Assembly: GCA_000934665.2 (NCBI GenBank) | Contig: KZ538653.1 | Location: 1 to 61,198, forward strand | Reading direction: 5' to 3' | Source: Catajapyx aquilonaris | Taxonomy: Eukaryota | Length of the DNA: 61,198 nt | In this document: positions 1 to 26,264 of the stretch, in pieces | How the letters are laid out: each line of letters begins with the position of its first letter | Position numbering within the stretch: the first letter of the stretch is position 1 | Notes under the pieces: generated by a model | The model's input: the letters and a program-made list of their open reading frames with translations, nothing else | Database searches by the model: none | Told to the model about the DNA's origin: nothing | Made by a program: the position numbers and the translations under genes

Positions 1-607
1 ATTTAACGGTGTTATTTATTAATAAATTAAAATGTGATAGTATTGTTTATCTAGAACTCAGTCCAATGTGCTATGATAAAAAATTTCATTGCAATTAAAG
101 TAAAATGGCTTTCAATATTCCTTAATCCAAAAATGCACAGAAAATGGCATATCTGCAAGCCATGATAAATATTTTTTAATTTTGTGCTAGATTTTTTGTA
201 ATTAATGTCATAACTGTTTTTGGGTTTGTGCGGCCCCTCAGGTTCATTATCAACATTTACATCCCGCTAAGTAAGAAATTAACATAGTGGCAGAAATTTT
301 TACCAGACCCCACAGAAATTCACTGTCCAAGGTATAATCGTATTTATTTCAGTTGTTAACTGTCAAATGAACTTCAAATTTGGTATCCTCCTAGCTCAAT
401 TGTTACTATTCATAATTATCCATTCTAAAGTCCAGATAATCTTAATGGAAACTTTTTATCACATCCTGTGTATAACCCCACCACTCCATTTTTTGGGGGT
501 GTCCCAATATTTTCAGATCAGAGCAAGTACAATCATCATGTTCTTTAAATCAGTCCCGGGGATGGGAGGTGTCGATGGAGGGATGGGATGGGATGTTTTT
601 TTCCCCC

Positions 608-856
608 GCCCCCTCGCATGATTATTGGTCCATCTGTACACCACACTAAGTTACATCGATAGAGCATTAAAACCCAGTAAATTTGATATCCATAACTGTT
701 TTAGTTTTCATATGATATTAAAGGTTGGAACACTTTGGTCAAAAATGGGGTCTAGGGGGTGTCGTTCGTCTTTTGTTTCTCTCCCCCTCTCGTGATTGTT
801 GCTTCATCTGCATACCTCGATAAATGTACATCGACAGAGATTCAAAACCTGGTAAA
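608..856 (+). repeat. Diverged direct repeat pair (about 175-bp period), probably inside an old transposon
   Basis: ccccctcgcatgattattggtccatctg...tacatcgatagagcattaaaacccagtaaa (about 608-680) resembles ccccctctcgtgattgttgcttcatctg...tacatcgacagagattcaaaacctggtaaa (about 783-856). Confidence 0.55.
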
Positions 857-2319
857 AGTCATCTTTGTAAAGTTTCCAGTTTTCGAATAAAACAGGGGCG
901 AATTTCAACCGCTTTTTGCAGGCGTTCCAATTATTTTGTCCAATGTACATGTACATTGTGTAGACCGCAGGGATTCTCAACCACGGATGCCGGAGTTGCC
1001 ACCCTCGACTTTTTACGTTACCAGTTTCCAAGCCCGTTTCTTCCGCCAATTCCGTGGAATTTGTGAATACTGTATGTCGGAAATTTTTATGTAAGTTCGG
1101 AGCTCCTTAGTCAAGGCTGCGTAAGTTGGGCCCCTTCTGCGTTATATGGGAGGCCTTTCCCTTAGGATTCTGCTGTAAGTTGCCAGAACGACCACAATCA
1201 TGTCAGTGGAAATGGTAGCTTTCAAGAAACGTAGTAGACGGTAATTTTTACGTCATTCAGGTGCACTAGATAATTATATAAAATGTGAATCGCGGCTCTG
1301 AATAGAATTTTAATGATGGTATCATTGTAGAAGTTATTAACTCAATTCAAAATAAGCATTATGTGGCAGAATTACTCATTCATGTGTGATGTTTAGGAGA
1401 ATTTACAAATATCACTAAATATATTCCCTTTTCAAAATCTTTAGCAAACTGGACAGAATACGACTCTTGTGGCAGACAGAATTTTTCCTTCGTTCAAGTG
1501 CATGAGGGATATTATTGTATGGTTTCACTGGATATCGAGATATCCCTCCCTTGGTGCTCGATCTAGTTATAAAAAGATATCGCAGAAGCAATCCTTTCTT
1601 CCCAATCCCTCCTCCGAGAAACCGGTCCTAATTGGGTATCCTTTCGCAGCCTCCTATCAATTTTCACACGCCAACCCTCTCCACTTTCCAGAAAATTTCT
1701 GCAGGATGGCGTGGAGCCTGGGGGCTTCAATGTAGTGAATTTTCTAACATATGGAGAAGGTAAAAACTATAGGCATATTTTGGTGAAAAGCTATCTTATA
1801 ACAAACACAAACAACTGGCAGAACGATACCGATTAAAAGAATTCCACACTATTTGCCACAGTATGCAGGAGCTCATAGTCACATGATATGATGTCACCAT
1901 ATTTTAATAAATCGGTCTTCATTATTATACGTATTTTAGAGGTGGTTTTATCAAGTCTCTCCTATGTGAATTATTATCTACGGAAAATTACGCTTGGGCT
2001 AACCTCTACACCCGTTCAATTTGAATGGAATGACCCTTGTATGACTCCAAAGAACAGTCAATACTTCGATCGAAATTTATCACAAACCATTACAGGAAGA
2101 CACAGTGCTTCCGAATTATTCAAAATTTGTCAAGCGTGGTCTTTTTCAAAGCATACTCATGATTATAAAAACTGATGACGACAACATATGCGTCGTCGCC
2201 TATTGAAAAAAGCAACCAACTCGCGTAATAGAGCACTTTGCCCGACAAGCTGGTCCAGGAATGTAAAAAATGTGGAGTTGCCTACGTTACTTATTAACGA
2301 CTAAGAGAGTGGCATGTGT

Positions 2320-3250
2320 GCACTCATCAAATATCCATTAGTTGTAGTCTTTGACTCTCTGGCAACACTGGTCGTAATTCAGTGGAAAGCTGAGCAGAGA
2401 GATCCACAACTGCTGCAAATAGTCCGCAGGGGATCCCAAGTAGATTTAATGTTGTCGTTTTGGAAAATGCTTTCCACCGCTTCATGAAACCGTCAAGGAT
2501 TGAACCACGACTCACACAAGTCACCCTGTTTAAGCCTTGCGTCATGCACAGGTCATTATCAGCATCGACGCGTGTATCCTAGGAGATGCTTGCTTGGGGC
2601 TGTCAAAAATACTGTTTCCTACGGATCGAAGTCCGTCGGCTGTAAACCCAGCTTCTGGGCCTGCTGGGATTCTGCAATGCAGATTGGCCTAATGGAAAAG
2701 GTGGTCATAGAAGCGTGGGGAGAGTGTGGATCCTACAATCCAATTCTGCTACTCTGGGAACTGAAGAATCCTGCTGGAATGGAGTGCTGCCCAAACATAA
2801 GTCATTCCTCCTCCTCCTCCCCCCAACACTATTCGCAGCCAGTTGTAGATAAGTTTCTAGTTCATTTCTGGTTGCTGCAAACGAGGATTTATTTCATGCA
2901 ATTTTTCTTCCCTCGGAGCCTTGCTCATTTCGATGCCGCTTGGAGTCCCTTTGTCATTGAAATTATGGGGCACGCCTTTTTTTCGCTGGCTTCGCTCAAG
3001 TTCCCAACTGACCGTCCAGAAGTGAAATGGTGGGGCATTGCTAACAATTCCAGCTCCTAATGCGCCGATTCCGCATCGATTTTTCAGATTTCAACTTCTC
3101 TCTCCAGCCTGACCTTTTCAAATGTCACGTTTGCGCAATATTATACCCGTCCCTTGTTGGTGAAGCTCACGTTATTTTTGCTTTGTTGCAGATAACATCA
3201 CTTGCAATCCACCGTCATTAGATTCACTCAATTTCACGAGTAAGTATCAA
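2320..3250 (-). mobile_element. Possible degenerate CR1/L2-type LINE ORF1 relic
   Basis: Minus-strand peptide fragments (YCANVTFEKVRLEREVEI; NRVTCVSRGSILD) resemble the zipper and esterase parts of CR1 ORF1; interrupted by stops. Judged by eye only. Confidence 0.3.
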
Positions 3251-3633
3251 CTACTTTGTGGAATGTAGCCAGAATGTAACTCAGGAAGTACTCTATCGCT
3301 CAAAAACATAGAGACGATTTTAGTACATGGAAAAAAAATTGTAAGAACTTTGCGCAGTACTACTCTAATGAACTTTGGGCATTCATTATAAATTTTTTTG
3401 CCTCATTACTTTTTATAGTCTAAGAACATACATTAGAAGCCCGAAGTTCATATTTTTTTCCTATATGACAAGTCGGATTAAAGTAATCGAATTAATTACA
3501 ATTCATAATAAAATGTGTCATAATTATTATGGAACCATATCTGACTTGATCATTTCAAATGCCGATGCACAGATTATATTGAGAAAATTGCATATTCACA
3601 TTTACATATTTTTGTCTCCTTTTTTCCATACAG

Positions 3634-16894
<13,261 letters not shown>

Positions 16895-17000
16895 AGGGGG
16901 CAGGAGTCAGGGGTACAAATACAGAAAAATATATATATTATGTAGTAGGATATGGCTCTTTCGCACCTGCGTCCGTGTTTGGTGCACTTTCCCCCCCCAG

Positions 17001-17017
17001 ATAAAGGGACTACTCTG
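17001..17017 (+). other. Candidate 17-nt micro-exon downstream of the Alk stop codon
   Basis: Acceptor ctttccccccccag and donor ctg|gtaagc, followed by a strong acceptor with a long pyrimidine tract ending ttttcag at 17234. Confidence 0.45.
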
Positions 17018-20000
17018 GTAAGCACAGTCTTGGAATGTCAGTAACGAACTAAATTTTCCCACTAGTTCTTTCGAGGGCCAACCTAATTTATTTCTTTTGT
17101 AATTTCATAGTCAGTTGAAGCAGACACTACACATTGTTCCACATGTTTTTGGATGGGTCTTCTTGTCATAAGTCCCTGTGCTCTTTTGCTGTTATCGTTT
17201 CCTATTTCCCTCTTCATTACTCTGTTGTTTTCAGGTCATGTGTGTAAAATAGCCAGTCACATTACTTGCAGGTTGTCGCCTCTGGGCTGATCTAGAAGTG
17301 GCATTACTGACTCCGTGACACTCACCTAATCATCATGTCCCGATTTCCCATTCCCCAACAGTCATTCATGCCAAAGGTAACGTGGTCTGATGTAGAGATA
17401 AACAGTATTATTAGTTCTTGGGAAAATGACTTGTGCAGGGTGCTGCAACCTTTTTAAGGCCACATTTCTGCGACGTCCGTTTTTGGGAGAAGTTGGCGGA
17501 AGGCATCATGAACCAATGCTTGGGTAACACCCGAATTCCTGATGAGGCTGGAAGTATGTACTGGCGAATTTAGGTGATACCGAAGTTGTCCGGTTGAGAT
17601 AATATTTGCAGCATCCTGCACATGAGATGTGCAAAAAGTGTTGTCAGGAAAAACCGAGCCAGTCCAATGATCCCCTACATGATTTAAACCATTTTAAAAT
17701 AGAAAAAAAAGTATCCGAATCATATTTTGATGTTTGTACGGTAAAGGGTCAAGCGGTTATACCTGTAAGTGCTGTAATCTAGTCCTTTGGTTCGAATATT
17801 TATCTGAGGGTTTCATTTATACCCGAAAACCACATGAATGAAAGTTTGAAAGGATACCCATTGCTCTCTCATGGGAGAATCATCATTGTCTTGTAAGTGT
17901 CATAATTATTTTATTTCTGTTTGTGCACACATCCAAGGGATTAAACTTGAAGGTGAAGGCGACTGAGGCCACCGCTCCGGATTTGCTAAAACCAGGGCAT
18001 TTGGTTCAAGTTTCAGCCGCCATCAACTTTAGTTTTCCTCGGAAGGACAGCTCTGCTTTTAATAGCATACGGTACCCAATGATGTTCCGGTAGTGAAATC
18101 CGTAATTACACGTCCCTTGTAACAGAAAACAAGAAAACCCACTATCGCCCAACAATACAAACAATAAACACAATGCCAAATTCCACCACATTGTACAATG
18201 CAGGGTAGAGAAGAAAGAAAAAAAATAGTAGCAGCAAGATAAATATTATGTGACGTGCCAAAAGTGTTTCTCATAAGTGATGAAGAGATTATGTTTATCA
18301 AATATCAGGGTCGTGTTTATTTCAGACGCATGTCCCCTAATCTCTTTCAGGGATGTCTCAAAGCGATTAGAACTAAACGAATAGAAACGACTACCTCATC
18401 CTCCCCCCCTCCCCCCATTCATCGTTTTCAAGCCAACACTTTGAATGGCGCACCATGAACGCCGCCTGGCGATTCAAAAGCGGGTTACGAATGGGCGGGG
18501 GAGCTCTCGCTATAGCAAACCTCTGCTATACACCACAATCGCATGTTTCTTCCAGCTGCCCACAGATGGCAAAAGCATCTCTCTCCGTTCAGCTTAATTG
18601 ATCCATACTTAAAGGTGAGTTCATTATAATCATAAACATAACCAACACTTATGTATTATCCAAAAAAATAAGAACTCTAAGTACATTATGTAGGTAAAAA
18701 TAACGTTGCACCACAAATGTCCATTCGATGGCCCATTGTACTATTAGCTCAACCAAGTAATACAGTATTTAAACAATATTTACTCAAAATTTTGGCAATC
18801 TGCACTATCTACATATTAGCAACATGGTATCCAGCAATAGACAGACCAAACTGGAATGACTGTCGAACTGGCATAAAATGGGGCTGGACCTGAATGGAGG
18901 CGCCTCCATCCGCCGGGAACAGATACAAAATCATCAATGAGTTTGGGCTCCTCTCAGGGCTAGTTTGGCTGGCTGGTTGACTGGCTGGTTTTGATCGGCT
19001 GGTCTCCTGGCTGGCTGGCTCTCTCTGAAAGAATCGATCCAGGCAGCAGGGTTAGCTGGGATCCTGTGTGAAGCATGCATGCATGGTGCTGGAGGGCCGC
19101 TGGGGGCTGCTGGAGCTGGGGCTGGCGGCAAGCATGGCAGGGCCAAAGTAGGTCGACGTGGCCTTTATAGGGCATGCCGGGAAATTGGGGGATTGGAGGG
19201 GGGAGGACCTATCTATGGAAGGCTCCATTCACCATTCCCTCGGTAACCAGAAAGCTGCTCTCGAGCTCACTCCCCGGATTCGGTCATACATGCTGCATTG
19301 ATTCACCCACCTCCAGCGACCTCGCTCTTACAATTTTGGCCTCGTTCTCCAACTCCCAAGGACTTAAAATTTATTGCCAGTTTTGCTTCTATACAGTTCT
19401 TTCACAATACCCCTGCAGCCTCCGCGAAATATTGGCATAGAGATGAAACGTCGCAGGAGATAAGTAGAGATGGCACAGACGACAGTGCACAATAAGGCTG
19501 CCATTCATATACAGGATGCTGCGTACTGTAGTTGCTCATTTATTTTACAATGGAGAAGATTTTTTTGCATCTCGGAGTTACGCAACAGATGTTTGGGAGA
19601 CGGAAATGTAAGCGGGCGTGTAAACTGATCCTAAATAAATTACATATGTCGCATGTAATTATCTTGCCCTCCAAAGCAGTGCAAGGTATATAGTTTCCTT
19701 GCACATCTCAAATGGTCTTGAAATTACTTTCTCCGAACTTCACCTTGAGCTCTTACGTCTTCTTTGCTGTCATTTGCATGACCTGAACTTGGGAGAAAAA
19801 AAAATGTAGACTATATGCCAATTTGAAGTTCGTCAAGAGCAACTCGCAGGGAAGACGAAAGTTGGAGACGACATTCGTCTGATTTGTTACAGGCGGGGAT
19901 AATTACTTTTAAGTGCACGTGTATTTTTTAATTTACTATTTTTCAACTTTTACACGTAACTTTACAAACATGTTAGTGTACCATTTACATAAGTTGTCCT

Positions 20001-22541
20001 CATTAACCTTCACGTTAAAGTAATTCCAGTATTGCGCTGTTCAATTTATTTTAGCTATTAACTTTTGACTCAAATGACATTAATTTTTGCTTATTTAAAT
20101 AGAAGAAAAACTTACTTGTCAATACGGTATGTATCGCTTATACATTTATGCGATACTAGTAACGGACACGTTGCCAAATATTGGCGATACTGCTTGCCCC
20201 CCCCCCCCACAAACAAANCACACACACACACATAGAAGTAGTACATAGGCCCATACCAGTTGGCGCATAGACTGTCCTTCTGCACACTACTACCATGCTT
20301 AGGGGAAAGCAGTGCCACATGCACGTTGGTGATGTGTCACCGCGCGGGCAAAGCCCACCAGGGCGCTATTACCAGAGCATGTCTCGCCTCCATTGAAGTG
20401 GATCCCACCTTATCTGACCGCTATATGTCGTATAATTGTTAAAGGGGGAAAGTGAAAATCCATGGTAAGGCGATGCGTGTTGATGGACGTAGCCTATAAG
20501 CAGAAAGAGAGGATAAGGCTTTTAGGTATACAGATATAGATGACATAAAGTTGATATACTAAACGAATTGGCCAAATGCAAATATTTCAGTAAATGGAAA
20601 GTTAACTGTGAGAGCAAATACATAACTTCTGTTACTGTAACGAACTGGTTTTCTCCATACGACCGATATAGAGAAAGAGTAGAAAATTTGTGCAGCTTTT
20701 TGTGTGACTTAACATTAGAGCAGTCGATGAATTACGTCATGTGGGCTGTGGGGGGTGAACCATATGACGGCCCTGTGGAAGTTTAACTTTACTTGAATTC
20801 AATATTACGCAAAAGGAAGAAAAAAAATCGTTATATGCGTAGATCAGAGCGTAGATTGGTCTGGCCAATTACAGGTAGGCAAAAAGTCGATTCTGAAAAT
20901 AAGGTCATGTATGATATTGATTGGCAGTACATTACATGTACATAGTAAAATATAGTTTTTAATTTAAAGTAAATACCTATATCGCATCGATATTCATTTT
21001 TATAGTTGTAACTTGAAGTTGAAGGATAATCAAATGCGTTTATGCGTGATAGGCAGCAAGGATCGTTCAATCTAGTGTGACAGAAGGAAGGAAAATACTG
21101 TAGGCCAAATATGTACTGTACTGTACTGATTCACTTGAGATAAATTTGTTTAGTTTTGATGTCATTGTTATAGACGTTTGAAAATGGACGTCATTTGCAA
21201 ACAAATGAAATGTGTCGGGAAAATTATTTGTATTTATATTTAGCTCATATAAGAGCACTTCCACACGCGCTCTTTTTCTGTTGGCATTCAAGCATTCGTT
21301 AGGTGTCCATCGATCAAGGACATTTTAGATGTAGGCGTGAAAGAAACCAACCAATCTAGTATTCAATGGCATCATATAAACGACAGTACTCATTTTACTG
21401 ACTGATTTACATCACTTAAACTATGTACGTTCCAGAATTAATATTCATTAGCCTACTTACAAAAAAAGTCATTTAAAATTAAATTAGCATCGAATTATCT
21501 TGAATTAGCCCGCATCGAAGTGGAAGGGTAGCTGAAAGTAGGAAGTCCCTGCGTAGGCATCACTATATGTTGATACCGAGGTTGATACATATGCATTCAT
21601 CAGACTTGTAGGGAAGGGATAAGCAGAGAGCCTACTGTTCTTTATGCGTGGATAGCATAAGGGAAATGAGGCACGTTTCATGAATTGCCGACTTGCAGAT
21701 GGCCCGGAAACATTTCCTGTGTCATCGCTCTTATCAATACAATACCGGACGTGGGCATAGTCCGCCTCACACTTTTGTCATATACTCGGTAAACCTAGAC
21801 CTGTTTCTTTTAACGGTGGCTAAAAGGACGTGTAGGTGGCTTTGACCGCAACCCAATCGCATGAAAAACATGTCTTCAACATTATCTTTTCTCTCCTTCT
21901 TTGAAAGGATCCATTCGTGACATATTGGGAAATGAAACAAATACCGGTATCCTGAACGCATTTCCTTCTTAAGAGGTTCCTGGAAAACTCCATTGTGAAA
22001 TATCACGATAAACTTCAGGCAAGGATGAATTAGTTTAGTTTCAACTCTCTTCCGCTTCCTTTGGCAGTTTGGAGCTGGGAAATCTCACCTGCAGAGTTGG
22101 CAGCAACGTCAACAGGAGAGTTGCCTCCTCATCAACCCCCTTTTCCAGAGCCTATTGATCGAAGTGGGGGGGGGGAGGGATGGGGGGATTGGTGTGAGTG
22201 GAGGGGGGGGGGAGGCCTGTAGAGTTAGTGGGGTTGGGGAGGAAAGAGACTATAGGCAAGCAAAGCCAAGGCAGCAGATAGAAGCTGAAAGGGGTAAACG
22301 CAAGTTGTGCCTCAGCTGCTGTCCCGAAAACGAAAGTCTTCAGAGTCATCTTTTCCTCCTGGTAAGGCCATGTAGAAGTGGAGGAATGGCGCTGTGGTGT
22401 CCGTGCCGATGGTGCTGGTAAGAAGGAAGGAAGGGTAGGCGTTGGGGCTTCCGGAAGACGGGTTGAATAAGAAAAGCAAGAGAGGCGGAATGCGGAGGAG
22501 GTGCGGCTCCAGCTGTCCACATCGCCTGCTGACCACCCAGG

Positions 22542-22567
22542 ATGCAGGATGAAGAAGAGCCCGGAAG
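22542..22567 (+). CDS. Spred: Candidate distal alternative first coding exon of Spred (MQDEEEPG-S)
   Basis: ATG plus 26 nt, aag|gtcagt phase-2 donor, acidic peptide; lies at the end of a purine/GC-rich UTR-like island (about 22050-22570). Confidence 0.4.
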
Positions 22568-22776
22568 GTCAGTGAGGGATGTATAGCTCGTGGTAGACAC
22601 ACAGTTGTAGTCGTTTTCTCCGATCGTGCAAACATGTGGTTGAATAAAAAATTCATTATCATAGGTCTCCTTTTCCTTTTAGTTTAATAGTACAATTTGC
22701 ACTTTTGTAAACAATAAGACTATAATAACAGAAAGTGCTTTGTTATTATACATAATCGTTTCAAAGGAGCAAAGAG

Positions 22777-23937
22777 CACTTGACTCCTGTTATAACGGAT
22801 TCGAAAGGCCGGTCCAGGCATACTTCCATATAAGACCCTGTGTATTTTTTGCTCCTGATATAACAGACTTATTTTCACGTCACCTAGGGAATAACAGACG
22901 ATTTTCTGGCCCCTCGGTGGGAAAATATGCTGTTTTTGATCATTCGACAAGAATGCCAAGAATACTGGAGCGATGTCATTTTCGCATTTGTCACTGATCT
23001 AAGCTCCTCAAAATCGTACTTTTTCTGGTATATTTGGCAACAATGGCACTGCAGAATAAAATTTCGGATTTTTTGTCCTGCATAATTTATTGGTGAGCTA
23101 ATTTTGCATTTTTGTGGATAGTTTCATTAATGTACTGTACGCGTAGTGTGCATTACAAGCATATGTAAAGCAGAAAACTTTGCGTATTAGTTGCAAACGT
23201 GGTGATTTGCAATGACGTATTTAGGTTTTTGCCGCCCCAAGGCATAGCCTTATCTGCCCCCCCCCCCCCCCNACACACACACACTGCTGGCTGATTTTTA
23301 GGTTCGAGATGATTGGGGAAATTCCGAAATTTGCTGATTTCAAAGCCAAATATCTCGAAAATTGTTATTTAAATCATTTGAAATTTTGGTCATGAATATT
23401 CCTACTAGTACTTAGAAAAATCCAGTGAATTTCATCTCAGGGTTTATACACTTTTATGCCGCTCCAAGGTGAATCGGCCGATGAGATGCCCAGACAAGTA
23501 TTTAAGGGTGAAAGTCGCCTGTAGATCCTGCACAGATCCCCATTGTCCTAGAGGGGAAGGGTGCAAGCGACTTTCGCCCTTACTGGTCTCGGGCATCTGG
23601 CGATTCATCTTGGGGCGGCACATGAACAAATGACGCCATAAAGTACATATTTTCGCATGCATCAAACTTTTCTCCTAGATAAAATGTCCGGCCTCCATGA
23701 CATTAAATGTCATGGAGGCGAAAAATTTTATCGAGGAGAAAATTATTTTGAGTCTAGGGCGGCAAATTTTAGGGGGCGGCAAATTTTGCCGCCCCCTAAA
23801 ATTTGCCGCCCTAGGCACGTACGTGCCTACTCGGCCTATTGGGTTTATACACCCCTGGTGATTTGGCTATAACAGACCTCGGTTATAACATAATTTTTCC
23901 ACGGTTCCTTGAAGTCTGTTATATCCGGAGTCAACTG
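22777..23937. mobile_element. pogo/Tigger-like non-autonomous element hosting a nested hAT MITE
   Basis: Imperfect TIRs CACTTGACTCCTGTTATAACGGA and (reverse complement) CAGTTGACTCCGGATATAACAGA; TA follows the right end; internal TATAAC subterminal motifs. Confidence 0.55.
23210..23857. mobile_element. hAT-type MITE with 8-bp TSD
   Basis: Exact TSD GTGATTTG at 23202-23209 and 23858-23865; ends CAATGACGTAT and ATACACCCCTG; GCCGCCC subterminal repeats. Confidence 0.75.
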
Positions 23938-26264
23938 TATAATACCCGCCAGTATTGAATGAGTCAATGGTCGTTGCATATATGAATCGCGAAATTTAAA
24001 ACGTAATAAGATTAATGACGCATATTCATCTCTGCAGGAAATTCACGCCGAATTATATGAATGCAAAGCGGCAAGAATTTCATATTAGTTATTTGTACCT
24101 TCATGCCTACTTTCTGGTGACCAGTTCATTGTTAGGAAAGCAAATTACAGATTCCGAAATTTTGTGTTTAATGAATGAACTCCTGTACGAAATAATGGAA
24201 TCTTCAATCTACCATGGTATCAGTATGAATTTGCGTTTCAGGTCTTCTCGCCGCGAGTGTGGCATATTTTGATGCACCCACACCAAGACGTGGAGAATGA
24301 TCATATTTCAAATATTTGTTTCTAGTATGTGATATTTCAGTTGATCGTATGAAAATAATGAGCAGGCCGTGAAAAATATCCTCGATAAAACGCCCACAAA
24401 GCGCAATAGATGAATGCCATTTAACCACACAAAGGGGGAAAAACAAAGTTGTATAGAAAAAGGATTATACATATGTATCTAGTATAGATATCGATATGTC
24501 AGAATGATAGCCTATTGCAAAATAATGATGGTGTGACGCGCGCGCAAAAAAAAACACAAAAAACACCGGCTCTATAATATTATGATACTGTAGTTACGAC
24601 TCTTCAACGCCAGACAAAGGAGGAAACTGTAAAATGGGATTTGGATGTGCTGCGTCATAAAATTATGACGCTTTATAGAAAGAAAAAGGTCGAAGGATAT
24701 CTGCAGAAAATACTAAAAACGTACTCATTGACTTACACGCTATAGGTCAAACGTTTATAATTTCTATAAATAAAGTTATTATTGATACCCGGTCCATAGG
24801 GAAACCAATAAATGCGTTCCTGTAGCTTCTATGGACATTGTATCATTCATCATTAAGTTCGCTTGATTAGTTGCTAACAAAATTGGTGGTGCGGCTCGAA
24901 TGATTCTTTGAATCGCAGAGGCAAAAAGGTATTGTGGAAAATTTTCCTCAGCACCCTTTTTACCCTTTTCCAAGGTTAAGCTTGCCTGTAGATTCAACAA
25001 TACCCATCCAATTAATGTGAACCAGCTGCTGTTGAAGTCGCATTGCATTATTAGTCAGTCCAACAAAATAAAATTCTGCTTGCTATATGTGGATCAATAA
25101 GTTCATTTTACCTAGGCCTACTGCAAATAACAAGCCGTAACAAGCCTTCACAGTTGAGTATAGTTGATATTAGATTCCACATCGTAGTTGGAAATTTTAT
25201 GGAATATTTTCCTATCTTTTCTCTTCATTGATATCAGATAAGAAATAGAGGCTTGGCTCCCTTATGAAATTCTTCAACATATACCGAGACTGAAGTCTGG
25301 TTGAAGCCCAGTTAGACTGAAGTCCGTCGTGCCCTATACTGTAGTATCAAGTGACTAACCCCTCGAATAAAGGCAATCATCTCAATTATTGTGGAAATAC
25401 GTATAGTCAATATTATTATTTCCTCGCAATTGATTTTGTAAATATATCCTGCACATCCTGCATATCCTGCACACTGTCAATTTGTCCTGCACATCGCACA
25501 GTGCAAGTAATACTACTGAGGATTTCTGACAGATTTCTGAAATATTTTATTTACACTATTTTTTTTTGCTTGTGAGGTGTTAAATATGCATTAAAATTAC
25601 ATTTTGTACAGTGTGTCTCTGCCAGTTTCTGCCCAATTTGATCATCTTTTAAGGGAAGAGGAAAAGTCGATGAGATGCTCCTGTTCCGTATTATTAGAAC
25701 TCCAAACTCTATTGTCACAATGTTTGGGTCTTTTTTTAAATTCTGACAATTTGATTTATGTCGTCAGCGGTTAGTCATACACTATAACGTCCCTGTTCAG
25801 ATCATCACCAGATAAACAACTTGAATAATCTTAATGCGTTTTACTAATCACAACATCGAGCTTCATTTACTTGTTCATTTATCAGTTTTGATGAAAATGA
25901 GAAAGGCTTTTAAAATCCTTTTCTATCTGCACCACTAAAATTGCTTTAAAATAATTCAATATATTGTACTTTTATTCCGAATTAATTTAAAAATGAATTG
26001 TTTATTAACGGCGCGGCGGGGCTCCCTGCTATTTGTTTTTGTTTTTAAAATGTGTAGTAAATAGTAACTATCAGTTTTAAGAATGAAATTGACATGATAT
26101 TCTCCCATTTTATTGTCTAATCAATATATGTGAGAAATCAATTAATATATCAATGTATTTTAAAGGCGGGCTCACACACATGAAGTTTACGAAAATGTCA
26201 AAAATAATTTAGATTTTCAAAAATCGATCGTTTCTCTTTATTTTTCTACACGTGACGGTATACT

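Noticed and set aside
2500..3060. 186-aa plus-strand ORF
   Set aside because: No recognisable domain or splice context; probably the antisense of a decayed retroelement.
17538..17572. Hammerhead-like or SECIS-like core (CTGATGAG...CGAA)
   Set aside because: GAAT instead of GAAA, no stem I/III with an NUH cleavage site, and the helix is too short for a SECIS element.
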